Source: an uncultured bacterium (lineage in GTDB: Bacteria; Chloroflexota; UBA5177; JANWHV01). Taken from it: a DNA stretch of 64,000 nt. The notes under the pieces are model-generated. The model searched no databases. It worked only from the letters and a program-made list of their open reading frames with translations, and was not told the DNA's origin. The translations under genes were made by a program, and so were the position numbers. Shown here one piece after another: positions 28,451-37,760 of this stretch (positions are counted from its first letter, which is position 1; each line of letters starts with the position of its first letter). The stretch lies in assembly GCA_963827235.1 (NCBI GenBank), contig CAWHAE010000012.1, positions 896,001 through 960,000 of the forward strand. The letters run 5' to 3'.

Positions 28451-29401
28451 TTACAGCGAGTTCATGATGCTTGGCACGACCGGGCCGAGAATGACCACGA
28501 AGATCGACGGGAAGATGAAGATCGCCATGGGGAACAGCATCTTGAGCGGCGCTTTCTGCGCCTGCTCCTCCGCCCGCTGCCGCCTGCGCATACGCATCTG
28601 CTCGGACTGGATGCGGAGCACATTGGCAATGCTCACGCCGAGCTGATCCGCCTGTATGATGGCGGTGACGAACTGCGACAAGTCGGGCACGCCCGTTCGC
28701 CAGTTGATGTTCCTCAGCGCTTCTCTCCTCGACTTGCCCAGTCTCAGCTCGACCAGATAACGCTCAAACTCGAAGGCGAGGTCATCCTTGGCCTTTGTCG
28801 CCACGCGCTGGCAGGCGGCGTCGAATCCGAGGCCAGCCTCCACGCTGATCGCGATGATGTCGATGGTGTCCGGCAGGGCACGCGAGATACGCTTTCTCCG
28901 CCGTTGCACTTCGTCGCGAATCCACATGTCGGGGAAGAAGAAGCCGATCACCAGCGCTGCGACGCCCCACATCAGCGCCGACACCGGTACTTGAGGCGGA
29001 TACGGAACGACGCCCGGCCAGATATTGCAGTACATGAAGCCCGTCATCAACACGGCAAAGGCGACAGACACTACGCCCTTCAGCCCGTAGAAACCCTCCA
29101 CGTTGATGCCCCGCGGATTGCCGGCGTGGGCCAGCCGCTGCTCGGTCTTCTCCAGCGTGTTGCCGGGAGAGATGCGCCTGGTAACCTTAGCAATCTGGTT
29201 CGTCAACGGGATGAGCACGCGATCGCGGAAGGGTCGCGCCAGCTCGAGATCCTCGAGAGGCGTGCTGGACTGCGAGAGCTGGTCCGGCGCGTAGGTCGCC
29301 AGTCGCTCCCGGATCGCGCCATCGTTCGAGTCACGGATGCCGAAAAAGATGAGCAGCACGGCAACGGCTGCCAGCGCGGCTGCCAGGACGGTCAGCATCA
29401 T
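28451..29401 (-). CDS. tadC: Tad pilus assembly protein TadC (T2SS F family)
   Basis: LPDTID...SVEAGLGFD, QADQLG.SI..VLR.QSEQMR..RRQRAEE.AQKAP.KM.FP. Confidence 0.92.
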   Translation of the reverse strand: MMLTVLAAALAAVAVLLIFFGIRDSNDGAIRERLATYAPDQLSQSSTPLEDLELARPFRDRVLIPLTNQIAKVTRRISPGNTLEKTEQRLAHAGNPRGINVEGFYGLKGVVSVAFAVLMTGFMYCNIWPGVVPYPPQVPVSALMWGVAALVIGFFFPDMWIRDEVQRRRKRISRALPDTIDIIAISVEAGLGFDAACQRVATKAKDDLAFEFERYLVELRLGKSRREALRNINWRTGVPDLSQFVTAIIQADQLGVSIANVLRIQSEQMRMRRRQRAEEQAQKAPLKMLFPMAIFIFPSIFVVILGPVVPSIMNSL

Positions 29402-29404
29402 GGT

Positions 29405-30379
29405 TCAGACCTCGATCTTTGTGATTCTGCGCATCAGGAACGTGCCGATCGCCATGAAGAAGAACGAGACACCCATGAGCGGTAGCCCGCAGGTGTGGTC
29501 GGTCCAGAAGAAGCTGATGTACTTCGAATCGATCGTGTACAGAATGAACGCCAGGGCGAGCGGAAGGCCCGAGATGATGTAGCCCGAAAGGCTGGCCTGC
29601 GCGGTCAGCGTCTTGATCTCGCCCTTGATGCGGACACGCTCGCGAATGGTGTGCGCTATGGTGTCGAGGATGACAGATAGGTTGCCGCCGATCTCGCGCT
29701 GCACGTTGATCGCCATGACCATGATCTCCAGGTCGACGCTCTTGATGCGACGTACCAGGTTGGCGAGCGCTTCCTCGGGCGAAAGCCCAATACCCACTTC
29801 CTTGATCACGCGATTGAACTCGGTCGAAATGGGAGGAGTCATCTCTCGCGACACCAGCTCCATGCTCTGCAGCATGCTGTAGCCGGAGCGAAGGCTGTTG
29901 GCAAGCATGAGGATGGCGTCCGCGAGGTTGTTGTTGAAAAGCTTCAGTCGCTTGTTGGCCCTGTAGACCAGATACCAGCGAGGTAGTATCAGCCCGATGA
30001 CCCCAAAGACGACGATGTGCACCACGGAGCCGAACAGGACCGAGCCGATGAAGATGCCGAAAACAAACGCGCAGCTCCACAGAATGAGGTACTCGCCGAC
30101 CGTGAACTTCAAGTCCGCCCGCGAGAGCGCCGAGCGTAGGTTCTGCGCGAAATTCTGGTTCTGCACTGCGCGGTCGACCGTGCGCACGATCATGTCGCTA
30201 GCTTTTCCGCGCTCGCGCCGTGCCTGCTTGTCCTCGACGACGACGGCCTTCGCCTCGGTGTACCTGGTCAGGCGGCTGGCGATGCTGCCGCTGCCGTAGC
30301 CCATGCGCACGAACGTGGCGTACGCGAAGAAGAACACCGCCGCTGCCGCGAGGAGCGCCGCCAGGAGTGTCAGGAGCAT
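29405..30379 (-). CDS. tadB: Tad pilus assembly protein TadB
   Basis: LANSLRSGYS, QREIGGNL..ILD...TIRER....GEIKTLTAQ. Confidence 0.92.
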   Translation of the reverse strand: MLLTLLAALLAAAAVFFFAYATFVRMGYGSGSIASRLTRYTEAKAVVVEDKQARRERGKASDMIVRTVDRAVQNQNFAQNLRSALSRADLKFTVGEYLILWSCAFVFGIFIGSVLFGSVVHIVVFGVIGLILPRWYLVYRANKRLKLFNNNLADAILMLANSLRSGYSMLQSMELVSREMTPPISTEFNRVIKEVGIGLSPEEALANLVRRIKSVDLEIMVMAINVQREIGGNLSVILDTIAHTIRERVRIKGEIKTLTAQASLSGYIISGLPLALAFILYTIDSKYISFFWTDHTCGLPLMGVSFFFMAIGTFLMRRITKIEV

Positions 30380-30397
30380 TACCTACCTCCTCACTTC

Positions 30398-31933
30398 TCA
30401 GAAGATCCGGTCGAGTCCGAACACGCTTGGCGGCAAGTAGATGCCGTTTTCTTCGAACTTCTCGATGAACTTCGGGCGAATTCCCGTTGGCCGCAGGCGG
30501 CCAACAATGCGCCCGCGCTCGTCAACACCGCTCTGTTCGAACACAAAGATGTCCTGCAGGATTATGACGTCGCCTTCCATCCCCTGTACCTCGGAGATGT
30601 TCGTGACCTTGCGCGTGCCGTCCTTCATGCGCGCCTGCTGCACGATCAGCTCGATTGCCTTTGAAACCTGCTCGCGAATTGCACGAAGGGGCAGGTCCAT
30701 GCCCGCCATCAGGCACATCGTCTCCAGACGAGACAACGTGTCACGAGGTGTGTTGGAGTGCAGCGTGGTCATGGACCCGTCGTGGCCCGTGTTCATGGCC
30801 TGCAACATGTCGAGCGCCTCACCGCCTCGGCACTCGCCGACGATGATGCGCTCAGGTCGCATGCGCAGCGAGTTCCGCACCAGGTCGCGGATAGATACTT
30901 CGCCCTTGCCTTCGATGTTTGCAGAGCGCGCTTCAAGCGTGACGACGTGTTCCTGCCGTAGCTGAAGCTCGGCCGAGTCCTCGATCGTGATGATGCGCTC
31001 GTCGGAGGGTATGAAGCTCGACAGCACGTTCAGCAGCGTGGTCTTACCCGACCCGGTACCGCCGGCGACGATGACATTCAGTCGCGCCTCGACGGAAGCG
31101 CGCAGGAACGTGGTCATCTCCTGCGTGAGCGTGCCGAAGTTCACCAGGTCGTCAGGCGTCAGCGGATTGCGCGAGAACTTTCGGATAGTGATCGTCGGCC
31201 CAACCAGGCTGAGCGGAGGGATGATGATGTTCACGCGCGAGCCGTCCGGCAGACGCGCGTCAACGTAGGGGCTGCTTTCATCGCAACGCTTGCCGAGCGG
31301 GGATATGATTCGGTCGACCACGCGAACGACGTGATCGTCGTTGACAAACTGCACGTCCGTCTTGATCAGCTTGCCGGACCGCTCGATGTAGACCTGCTTC
31401 GGCCCGTTGACCATGACTTCGGTGATGGTGTCGTCGTCCAGCAGCGGCTGGATGGGGCCATAGCCGAGAATATCGGCAACGATCTGCTCGAACAACCGCG
31501 CCCGGTCCGCGCGCGTGAGCTGTGTGCCCTCGGTCTCCAGGGCAGACTCGAAGAGGGTCTGGATTCGCTTGCGCATCTCGCCAGCTTGCGAGAAGTCCGC
31601 GTTGGGCCCGATGTCCTGGATCAGCTTCTGCTGCACGCGGGAGCGGAGCTCGGAGAAGTTGTCGTGCTCGGGCGCGGCCGGGCGCCGCAGCGCGGCGATG
31701 CTGTCCAGTCCCTGCCGGACCGCCCGTCCGGATTGAGCCACCGCTCCATTACCTGCCAATGGCGAGGTAACCGGATACGAGGACGACGCGGGAATTCCGG
31801 CCGAAGTCAGCGCGCTTCCCAGACCTCCCGAGTTTGGTTGGGACCCCCCATTCGCGTTGGGAGGGGCTACCGGCACCATGGTCTCGCCAGGAACCCCGGT
31901 CGACGCACCTTCAATGCGCTTTAAGAGCGACAT
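30398..31933 (-). CDS. tadA: Tad secretion ATPase TadA/CpaF
   Basis: GGTGSGKTT, TIEDSAELQL, LRMRPERIIVGECRG, AMNTGHDG. Confidence 0.95.
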   Translation of the reverse strand: MSLLKRIEGASTGVPGETMVPVAPPNANGGSQPNSGGLGSALTSAGIPASSSYPVTSPLAGNGAVAQSGRAVRQGLDSIAALRRPAAPEHDNFSELRSRVQQKLIQDIGPNADFSQAGEMRKRIQTLFESALETEGTQLTRADRARLFEQIVADILGYGPIQPLLDDDTITEVMVNGPKQVYIERSGKLIKTDVQFVNDDHVVRVVDRIISPLGKRCDESSPYVDARLPDGSRVNIIIPPLSLVGPTITIRKFSRNPLTPDDLVNFGTLTQEMTTFLRASVEARLNVIVAGGTGSGKTTLLNVLSSFIPSDERIITIEDSAELQLRQEHVVTLEARSANIEGKGEVSIRDLVRNSLRMRPERIIVGECRGGEALDMLQAMNTGHDGSMTTLHSNTPRDTLSRLETMCLMAGMDLPLRAIREQVSKAIELIVQQARMKDGTRKVTNISEVQGMEGDVIILQDIFVFEQSGVDERGRIVGRLRPTGIRPKFIEKFEENGIYLPPSVFGLDRIF

Positions 31934-32205
31934 CCGATAGCCTCCAGATCTGAGAGATGCACGCCGGGCTGCAACCCGGCAGAGAATGCAAACCGTACAT
32001 GCCGCTCCTGTCGGCAGGGGTCGTGCCCATCGCCGCGGTACCGGGACCAAGCCGCCGCACTCCTGGCGGCACCGTCCGGGCAGGTTGCCGAGCCCACCGT
32101 ATCAGCGGTGGGCTCGGCGGAAAGCCGGCAATTCAGGGCGGCAGGGAGTGCTCCGTCGCTATCGACGATCAGAACCGAGGCCCGTGCCGGCTCGCTCACG
32201 TCCAT
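31934..32205 (-). pseudogene. Decayed receiver-domain fragment in the cpaE/tadZ position
   Basis: ASVLIVDSDG...LSAEPTADTVGSA..PDGA resembles a REC N-terminus; a shifted frame gives LGPGTAAMGTTPADRSGM, resembling xPDVVLMDxxMPxxxG. Confidence 0.55.
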
Positions 32206-32220
32206 TCCCCAATAGTTGCT

Positions 32221-33228
32221 CTACTTGACAGCCACCGTGGGCTGCGGCGTGAAGGTCGCCCTCGGCGTCACGAAGACGTTCGGCAGGCCATTGCCTTGCG
32301 GCGTGCCCTTGGTCGAAGCCTCCGGCGTCACCAGGTATTCGGGGAATACCGCGTGCGTCTTCGGCTGCTGGACCTGACCCTTGACATCCTCGCCGGATAT
32401 CAGCACGAGGTCGAGCGTGCCGTACGTATCTTTGACGTATTTGAGCAGCAAAGCGTCCTGCAACGTCACGGCGAGGGTGAATGTCTGGGTACCGCCGCCG
32501 GCCACAGGCGGAAGACCGACCGCAACGACGCGCGCATCGGTGATGATCTGCTGGGTGTCGATCGGTCCCTTCCAATTCGTGCCGGGGTCGCTGGCGGAGC
32601 CACCCGACTGCGGCTGGGGATCGGAGTTCCGGCTATCAATCTCGTGCTGCCGGATACTCAAGAGCAGGTCCACCGAATCGCCGGGCTGGATATGGGCGTC
32701 GTCCGACTGCAGATTGGTGACCTGCACTGTCTCGGCCACTCGCCCGGCCGGAACAGACCAGGAGAGGCTATTCGGCTGCGGCACGGGCAGCACCACGTAG
32801 TCGGTGGTCAACAGCGCGCTCCGCGCGGTGATCGCCTTGGTGATCTGGATGTCGTTCAGGAAGAGGTTGGCCGTCTCGGAATACACGTGCGTGTAGTTCG
32901 TGATCCAGTCGTGGATAGAGGTCACGCGGTCGGGATCGGGCGTGGCCTGGGCCGGAACAGGAACGTCCTCGAAATACTGGTTGATCTTATCTATGCTGTC
33001 CAGCTTGGTCAGCGGCGGTACCTGATACTTGGCCACGACGTAGTGGGGACCCGGCGTTGGGGTAAAGGTCGGCACGACCACGACCGGCGTGGTGACCGCC
33101 GGTCCGCTTGACGTGCTGTTATTCGACTGCTTGCTGAGCACGAGCACCACTATGACGAACGCTACCACCGCGAGAATAGCGCCGATCAGCAGCTGACCTC
33201 TGCTGCTTCGCAACAATTGCATTCCCAT
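32221..33228 (-). CDS. Flp pilus assembly protein RcpC/CpaB-like
   Basis: N-terminal TM; YVVAK..VP, LSWSVPAGRVA, IQPGDSVDLL, TQQII..ARVVAVG, TLAVT.QDA.LL. Confidence 0.8.
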   Translation of the reverse strand: MGMQLLRSSRGQLLIGAILAVVAFVIVVLVLSKQSNNSTSSGPAVTTPVVVVPTFTPTPGPHYVVAKYQVPPLTKLDSIDKINQYFEDVPVPAQATPDPDRVTSIHDWITNYTHVYSETANLFLNDIQITKAITARSALLTTDYVVLPVPQPNSLSWSVPAGRVAETVQVTNLQSDDAHIQPGDSVDLLLSIRQHEIDSRNSDPQPQSGGSASDPGTNWKGPIDTQQIITDARVVAVGLPPVAGGGTQTFTLAVTLQDALLLKYVKDTYGTLDLVLISGEDVKGQVQQPKTHAVFPEYLVTPEASTKGTPQGNGLPNVFVTPRATFTPQPTVAVK

Positions 33229-33331
33229 CCTCCATTTCCGTTCACAGACTAGCTATTCGTCGCCTCAGACCGACAAGCTCCGACTCCAGCAGTACGTTCT
33301 GTCCAACCGGCACTCAGTTCTCGCGCTGGCT

Positions 33332-34027
33332 TTACCCCTTGATCCAGCCCTGACGCATCGCATATACCACTGCCTGCGTGCGATCGTTGACGGCAAGCTT
33401 GCGCATGATCGACGTGATATGGTTCTTGACCGTTTGATCGCTGATGCTCATCGCACGAGCGATCTCCTTATTGCTGTTACCTTTCGCGATGTAGTCGAGC
33501 ACCTGGACTTCACGGCTCGAAAGCGGGATATACAGCGGCTCAGCCTCGTGGTCGACCTCCTCTGCAAGGTCTCGGAACGACTTCAGCACTTTGGAAGCCA
33601 ATACGGGCTTGGCAAGCACACTGTCGTTGATCAGGTATTCACCCGCCGCGACACGCCGGAGGACGCGACACATGTCTTCTATGCCGATCGTCTTGAGCAC
33701 GTACGCAGCGGCACCGTACTTGATGGCGTAGAAAAGCTTCTCCTCGTCGTCGCGATTGGTCATCACCACTACGCTAATGTTGGAACCCCTGCGCTTCAGC
33801 TCCCGAATCGCCTCGAGCCCGTCTAGCCCTTCAACCTCGGCGTTCAGCAGGACGACGGTCGGTGCCAGCTCTTCCACCAGGCGAAGGCCATCTCTCCCGT
33901 TCGACGCCTCGCCCACGATGTCCAGCTCCGGGTCCACTTCCTTGACCGTGTGGCGCAGCCCGGCACAGAAGAGCGGCTGGTCATCAATGATCAACACGCT
34001 GAGATTGTCTGCCGTGTCCTTTTCCAT
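33332..34027 (-). CDS. NarL/LuxR family response regulator
   Basis: VLIIDDQPLF; HTH LSSREVQVL..IAKGNSNKEIA..ISDQTVKNH. Confidence 0.93.
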   Translation of the reverse strand: MEKDTADNLSVLIIDDQPLFCAGLRHTVKEVDPELDIVGEASNGRDGLRLVEELAPTVVLLNAEVEGLDGLEAIRELKRRGSNISVVVMTNRDDEEKLFYAIKYGAAAYVLKTIGIEDMCRVLRRVAAGEYLINDSVLAKPVLASKVLKSFRDLAEEVDHEAEPLYIPLSSREVQVLDYIAKGNSNKEIARAMSISDQTVKNHITSIMRKLAVNDRTQAVVYAMRQGWIKG

Positions 34028-34226
34028 CCATCGCTCCCCGATAGGCAGGCCTACCTGCATGGGACGCCAGCCACCGCCGCGAGCGGCACGGCCTCACTGC
34101 TCAGGCTGCGCGCCGTGACCAATCATGCCCGTAGCATAGCCGAGCATTGGGGGAGACACAATAACACAGTTGGTGGTTTCATGCCACAAACATGGGCTAT
34201 CCGAGCCCATTTCAGACCCGGCATTC

Positions 34227-35828
34227 CTATCCGATAGGAATGCCATACCCACCCCCGGGGCGGGGGTTGGCGTAGATTGCGTACTCTCCGGCCCGGTAGA
34301 CAAGGCGCCAGTGAGCCTGCGCGTAGAGGGTCAGCGCGCGCTCCGGGCGGTTCTCGGCATCGAACCGTCGTGTAAACTCGTCCACGACCAGGAACGTCGC
34401 CGCGGGCAGGCTCGTGTCGTAGACAAAGCGGGAGCGATGCAACCCATCCGGGTAGAATGACGTGCCCGTGCCGTAGATGGCAACTGCCTGCAGAAGGTCC
34501 GCCGTCTTGCAGTGGATCAGCCACGCTTCTTCCGGCATGATGATCACCAACGAGGATGGCGAGACGCGGCGATTCACCCACGCTGCCATCGCGCGGGCAT
34601 CCGCGGTAGATCGCGGAAGCAGTGAATCGAGGGCGGTCTTGAAGCGTCCGTTCACTGCCGCCACGTCGCCGGCAAGCATGGAGAGCGCGAACGGCGTGAG
34701 CAACAGAACATAGGCAAGCACCGCTCGACGCCGGGCCCGGCGCCGAGCCTGCGCGCTGTAGCCCGTCTCATCCAGCGCGGGGATGAGAAGGAACGACAGC
34801 ATCCGCCAGCAGCCGAGGAGCACCGTTCCCACGCCGATAGCGAGCAAGGGCAGCAGCGGCTCCGCGGCCCTGAAGTACGGCGACGGATCGCGCACGGCGA
34901 GGACGATGATCAGCAGTATCGCGGTGAGTGCCACCAGCGCATGCCTCGTCCTGCCGCCGCCGGTGAACAACAGCCCCACCAGCCCAACGGCGATCAGCGG
35001 CTCACTCTTCAGGAGATCGGCGAGGCGGGTCGCCAGGGTGACCGGGTCGAAGTCCAACCGCGTGGCCGAGTGCCGTACGTCAAACAGGAATTCGCTCCGC
35101 CGGACGATGAGCATCCAGGCGATGTAGGTGATCGGCGCCATCGCGGTGCCGGCCGCGGCAGCCGCTACTGCCCGGCCGCCGCGGGACCACAGCAGGATCG
35201 CTACGGCGGGCACAAGCGCTATCGCTTCCTGGTCCGTGGCCAGTGCCAGGCCGGTGAGCAAACCGGCGCCGAACGGCGCAGCGTACCTTCCGAGCAACGA
35301 CCGGACACGCGATGCGCCGAGCAGCAGCGTGTTGGCACTATTGTCCCCGGTGCCGTCGAGAAGCGCGATCCACAGAGCAACGGGGACGAACAGCGCGAGC
35401 AGATTGTAGGTGTACGCCCAGCGCTGCTGCACGGCGGCAAGTGGCCAGATAATCAGGAAGACTGCGGCCGCCAGCCCCAGGCCGTGTCCGCGCAGCCGGA
35501 CGCCCAGACCGTAGACCGCCAAGGCTGTCAGCACTCCGCACGCACCCGCCACCACGCGTAGCGCGATCAGGTCGTGCGTCCACAGCCTGATCAGCACCGC
35601 ACCGATCAGGTAGAACAGCGGTGGGTGCTGCACGAATGCGTACCGCAGGCCAAACATCTGCAGCCGGCCCGCGGCCAGATTTGAGGCGATGTTCCAGTTG
35701 TAGCCTTCGTCGCCGTCCCAGCCGGGGTTGTTGGCCAAGTTCGCAAGACGGAGGTACACGGCCAGCAGCAGCAGTCCACCGGCCAGGCTCATTCTGAGCA
35801 GCCCGGCACGGTCCACCGCCTTAGGCAC
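34227..35828 (-). CDS. GT-C glycosyltransferase (PMT/ArnT-like)
   Basis: TM then WDGDEGY (DE motif) and QHPPLFY; many TMs. GTG start at 35828 overlaps the upstream stop. Confidence 0.8.
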   Translation of the reverse strand: MPKAVDRAGLLRMSLAGGLLLLAVYLRLANLANNPGWDGDEGYNWNIASNLAAGRLQMFGLRYAFVQHPPLFYLIGAVLIRLWTHDLIALRVVAGACGVLTALAVYGLGVRLRGHGLGLAAAVFLIIWPLAAVQQRWAYTYNLLALFVPVALWIALLDGTGDNSANTLLLGASRVRSLLGRYAAPFGAGLLTGLALATDQEAIALVPAVAILLWSRGGRAVAAAAAGTAMAPITYIAWMLIVRRSEFLFDVRHSATRLDFDPVTLATRLADLLKSEPLIAVGLVGLLFTGGGRTRHALVALTAILLIIVLAVRDPSPYFRAAEPLLPLLAIGVGTVLLGCWRMLSFLLIPALDETGYSAQARRRARRRAVLAYVLLLTPFALSMLAGDVAAVNGRFKTALDSLLPRSTADARAMAAWVNRRVSPSSLVIIMPEEAWLIHCKTADLLQAVAIYGTGTSFYPDGLHRSRFVYDTSLPAATFLVVDEFTRRFDAENRPERALTLYAQAHWRLVYRAGEYAIYANPRPGGGYGIPIG

Positions 35829-37563
35829 TGTGCGCCACCCGGCGAAACACGTCCACGTCCTGCAGATCGTAGACCAAGACAAAGCCGGGAATTCGGCCCA
35901 GCTCGACGCTTCCCGGCGCTCGCTCGAGCGGGCTGTATACCACCAGTGTGACGTGCTCTCGCGTGACAAGCGCGCTCAGCGCCTTCAGCGCCGCGCCCTG
36001 GCTCCGCGCGCGATAGAAGCGCCACACTTCGGCTTGCCGGAACGCGAGGTTGAACGTCTCGAAATTCTGGCCGACCACGACATGGCAGCTACAGCTACCC
36101 GGCACCAGATTGCCGAAGTTCATGCCGGCCAGTACAACGTCGGATTCAGTCGCATGGTCGCCCAGCCAGCTCACCGCATGCGCCACGCCGGCCGGCGTGT
36201 AGTAGCTGTCGTCCAGCCCCGAGGCGGCAACAGCGGTGTACAGCGCAAGCAGCAGAGGCGTCGAGAAGACCAAGAGGCTGGCCGGTATCGCCGGCAACAC
36301 CCTGACGCCGTCCTTCACGCCGCCTGGTCCGGCGAGCCACAGGAAGCCAAGCAAAGCCAGCGGCACACTGAGCCCCAGCTCCTGGCGTCCCTGCTGCCAA
36401 ACAGGCAGCGTGATGGTACACAGGTTGGCCAGGATCCAGAGAAGCGGGAACCACGTGCTGGCAATCGACATGGGATCCGAGCCCGGCCGCGGCATGCTTG
36501 CCAGGGTGCGCACACCGCCGTAGGCCGCCAGGGCAAGAGCCGCGTATGCAAACAGGAGCAGCCCGGCGCTTGGCACGGCGACCTGAGCCAGCCCGCTGTG
36601 ACTCCAGAGCCGGTCGCCGCGAAACACGGCCACGTAATAGATGCCGAGCAGTCCCGCGGGCAGCAGAGCCACCGCGGTAGGGCGCACGACGGAGAAGAAG
36701 ACCTTGCCGGCGCGCATTGTCTTCTTCGGAGCCGCCGCCGCCGGCCGTGTATACCAGGCGCTACGGGCAGCCACCACAGCGTAGACCAGCAAGACAAGTC
36801 CAACCGTGGGCAGGAGGAAGGGATAGGATAGCGCGAGCAGCAGAAACCAGGCCGTGGCGCTGCCGATGAGGTGGGAGCGCTTGCGCGTGGCGGCCGCGTA
36901 GGACTTTCGCGGCGCCCAGAGAGGATTGCGCGCCCCGGTCGCGCGGAGCATGCAGACGAAGCCCATCAGCTCGGCGGCCAGCCCAAGACTCTCGTGTGGT
37001 GAGTTCAACAGGGTCATGCCTGGGCTGAGCTCGGGAGCAGTAAGGGCCGCGACGTCCACCAGCCGGGGCACGACCCCGCTCAGAGGAAGCGCCAGCCAGT
37101 ACAGGCCCCCGGCAAGTATGACGAACAGCCAGCACGCCCGCAACGCATTGCGCCCCACGAAGAGCGAGCAGAACTGCGCGATGGCAAACAGCAGCACGCC
37201 GCCGCAGAGCACGCGCACGATCTGGTAGACGGCGTCGGGCGAGACGCCCGACAGTATGTGTCCGGCGAGGATGTAGGGAAAGTACATCAGGAGGTGCGAT
37301 GCATGGTCCGGCGAAAACTGATTCGTGTAGCGCCACGCACCCTGCGATCCCTGGCGAATCGCCGCCAGGTATTGGCTCAAGTCACCGGTGTTGTTCAGCG
37401 CGCCCAAAAACGTCTTGCCCTGCGGAGCCAGGAGGTATCCACAGAGATAGGGCACCAGGCTGAGAGCCAGCGTCAGCAGGCCAAGACCGAGAATCCGGCC
37501 GGGTTGCACCGGTCTCCGCGGCCGTGCGGCAGTTCGGGCTCCCGCCTCGCTTCCGCTAGCCAT
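35821..37563 (-). CDS. Polytopic membrane protein, GT-C-like
   Basis: Acidic first loop NTGDLSQY; about 10 TMs; C-terminal soluble domain ending LVYDLQDVDVFR. Confidence 0.65.
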   Translation of the reverse strand: MASGSEAGARTAARPRRPVQPGRILGLGLLTLALSLVPYLCGYLLAPQGKTFLGALNNTGDLSQYLAAIRQGSQGAWRYTNQFSPDHASHLLMYFPYILAGHILSGVSPDAVYQIVRVLCGGVLLFAIAQFCSLFVGRNALRACWLFVILAGGLYWLALPLSGVVPRLVDVAALTAPELSPGMTLLNSPHESLGLAAELMGFVCMLRATGARNPLWAPRKSYAAATRKRSHLIGSATAWFLLLALSYPFLLPTVGLVLLVYAVVAARSAWYTRPAAAAPKKTMRAGKVFFSVVRPTAVALLPAGLLGIYYVAVFRGDRLWSHSGLAQVAVPSAGLLLFAYAALALAAYGGVRTLASMPRPGSDPMSIASTWFPLLWILANLCTITLPVWQQGRQELGLSVPLALLGFLWLAGPGGVKDGVRVLPAIPASLLVFSTPLLLALYTAVAASGLDDSYYTPAGVAHAVSWLGDHATESDVVLAGMNFGNLVPGSCSCHVVVGQNFETFNLAFRQAEVWRFYRARSQGAALKALSALVTREHVTLVVYSPLERAPGSVELGRIPGFVLVYDLQDVDVFRRVAHSA

Positions 37564-37760
37564 CAGCCGTATCTCCGGCCACAACTGTCCTCGGTCCGGC
37601 CGGCGCAAGCAAGTGCGCCCGTGTTCGCCACGGCTTCAGCGGGAATTCGCGTTCCAGCCGTGGGCACGCGTGACAGCTGCCTTCCCTGTTGACGGAGGAC
37701 GAGTAACCTTCACCCAATCGGCGATCGGCACGGGCACCGGCCGTGCCCACGGCAGCACGC

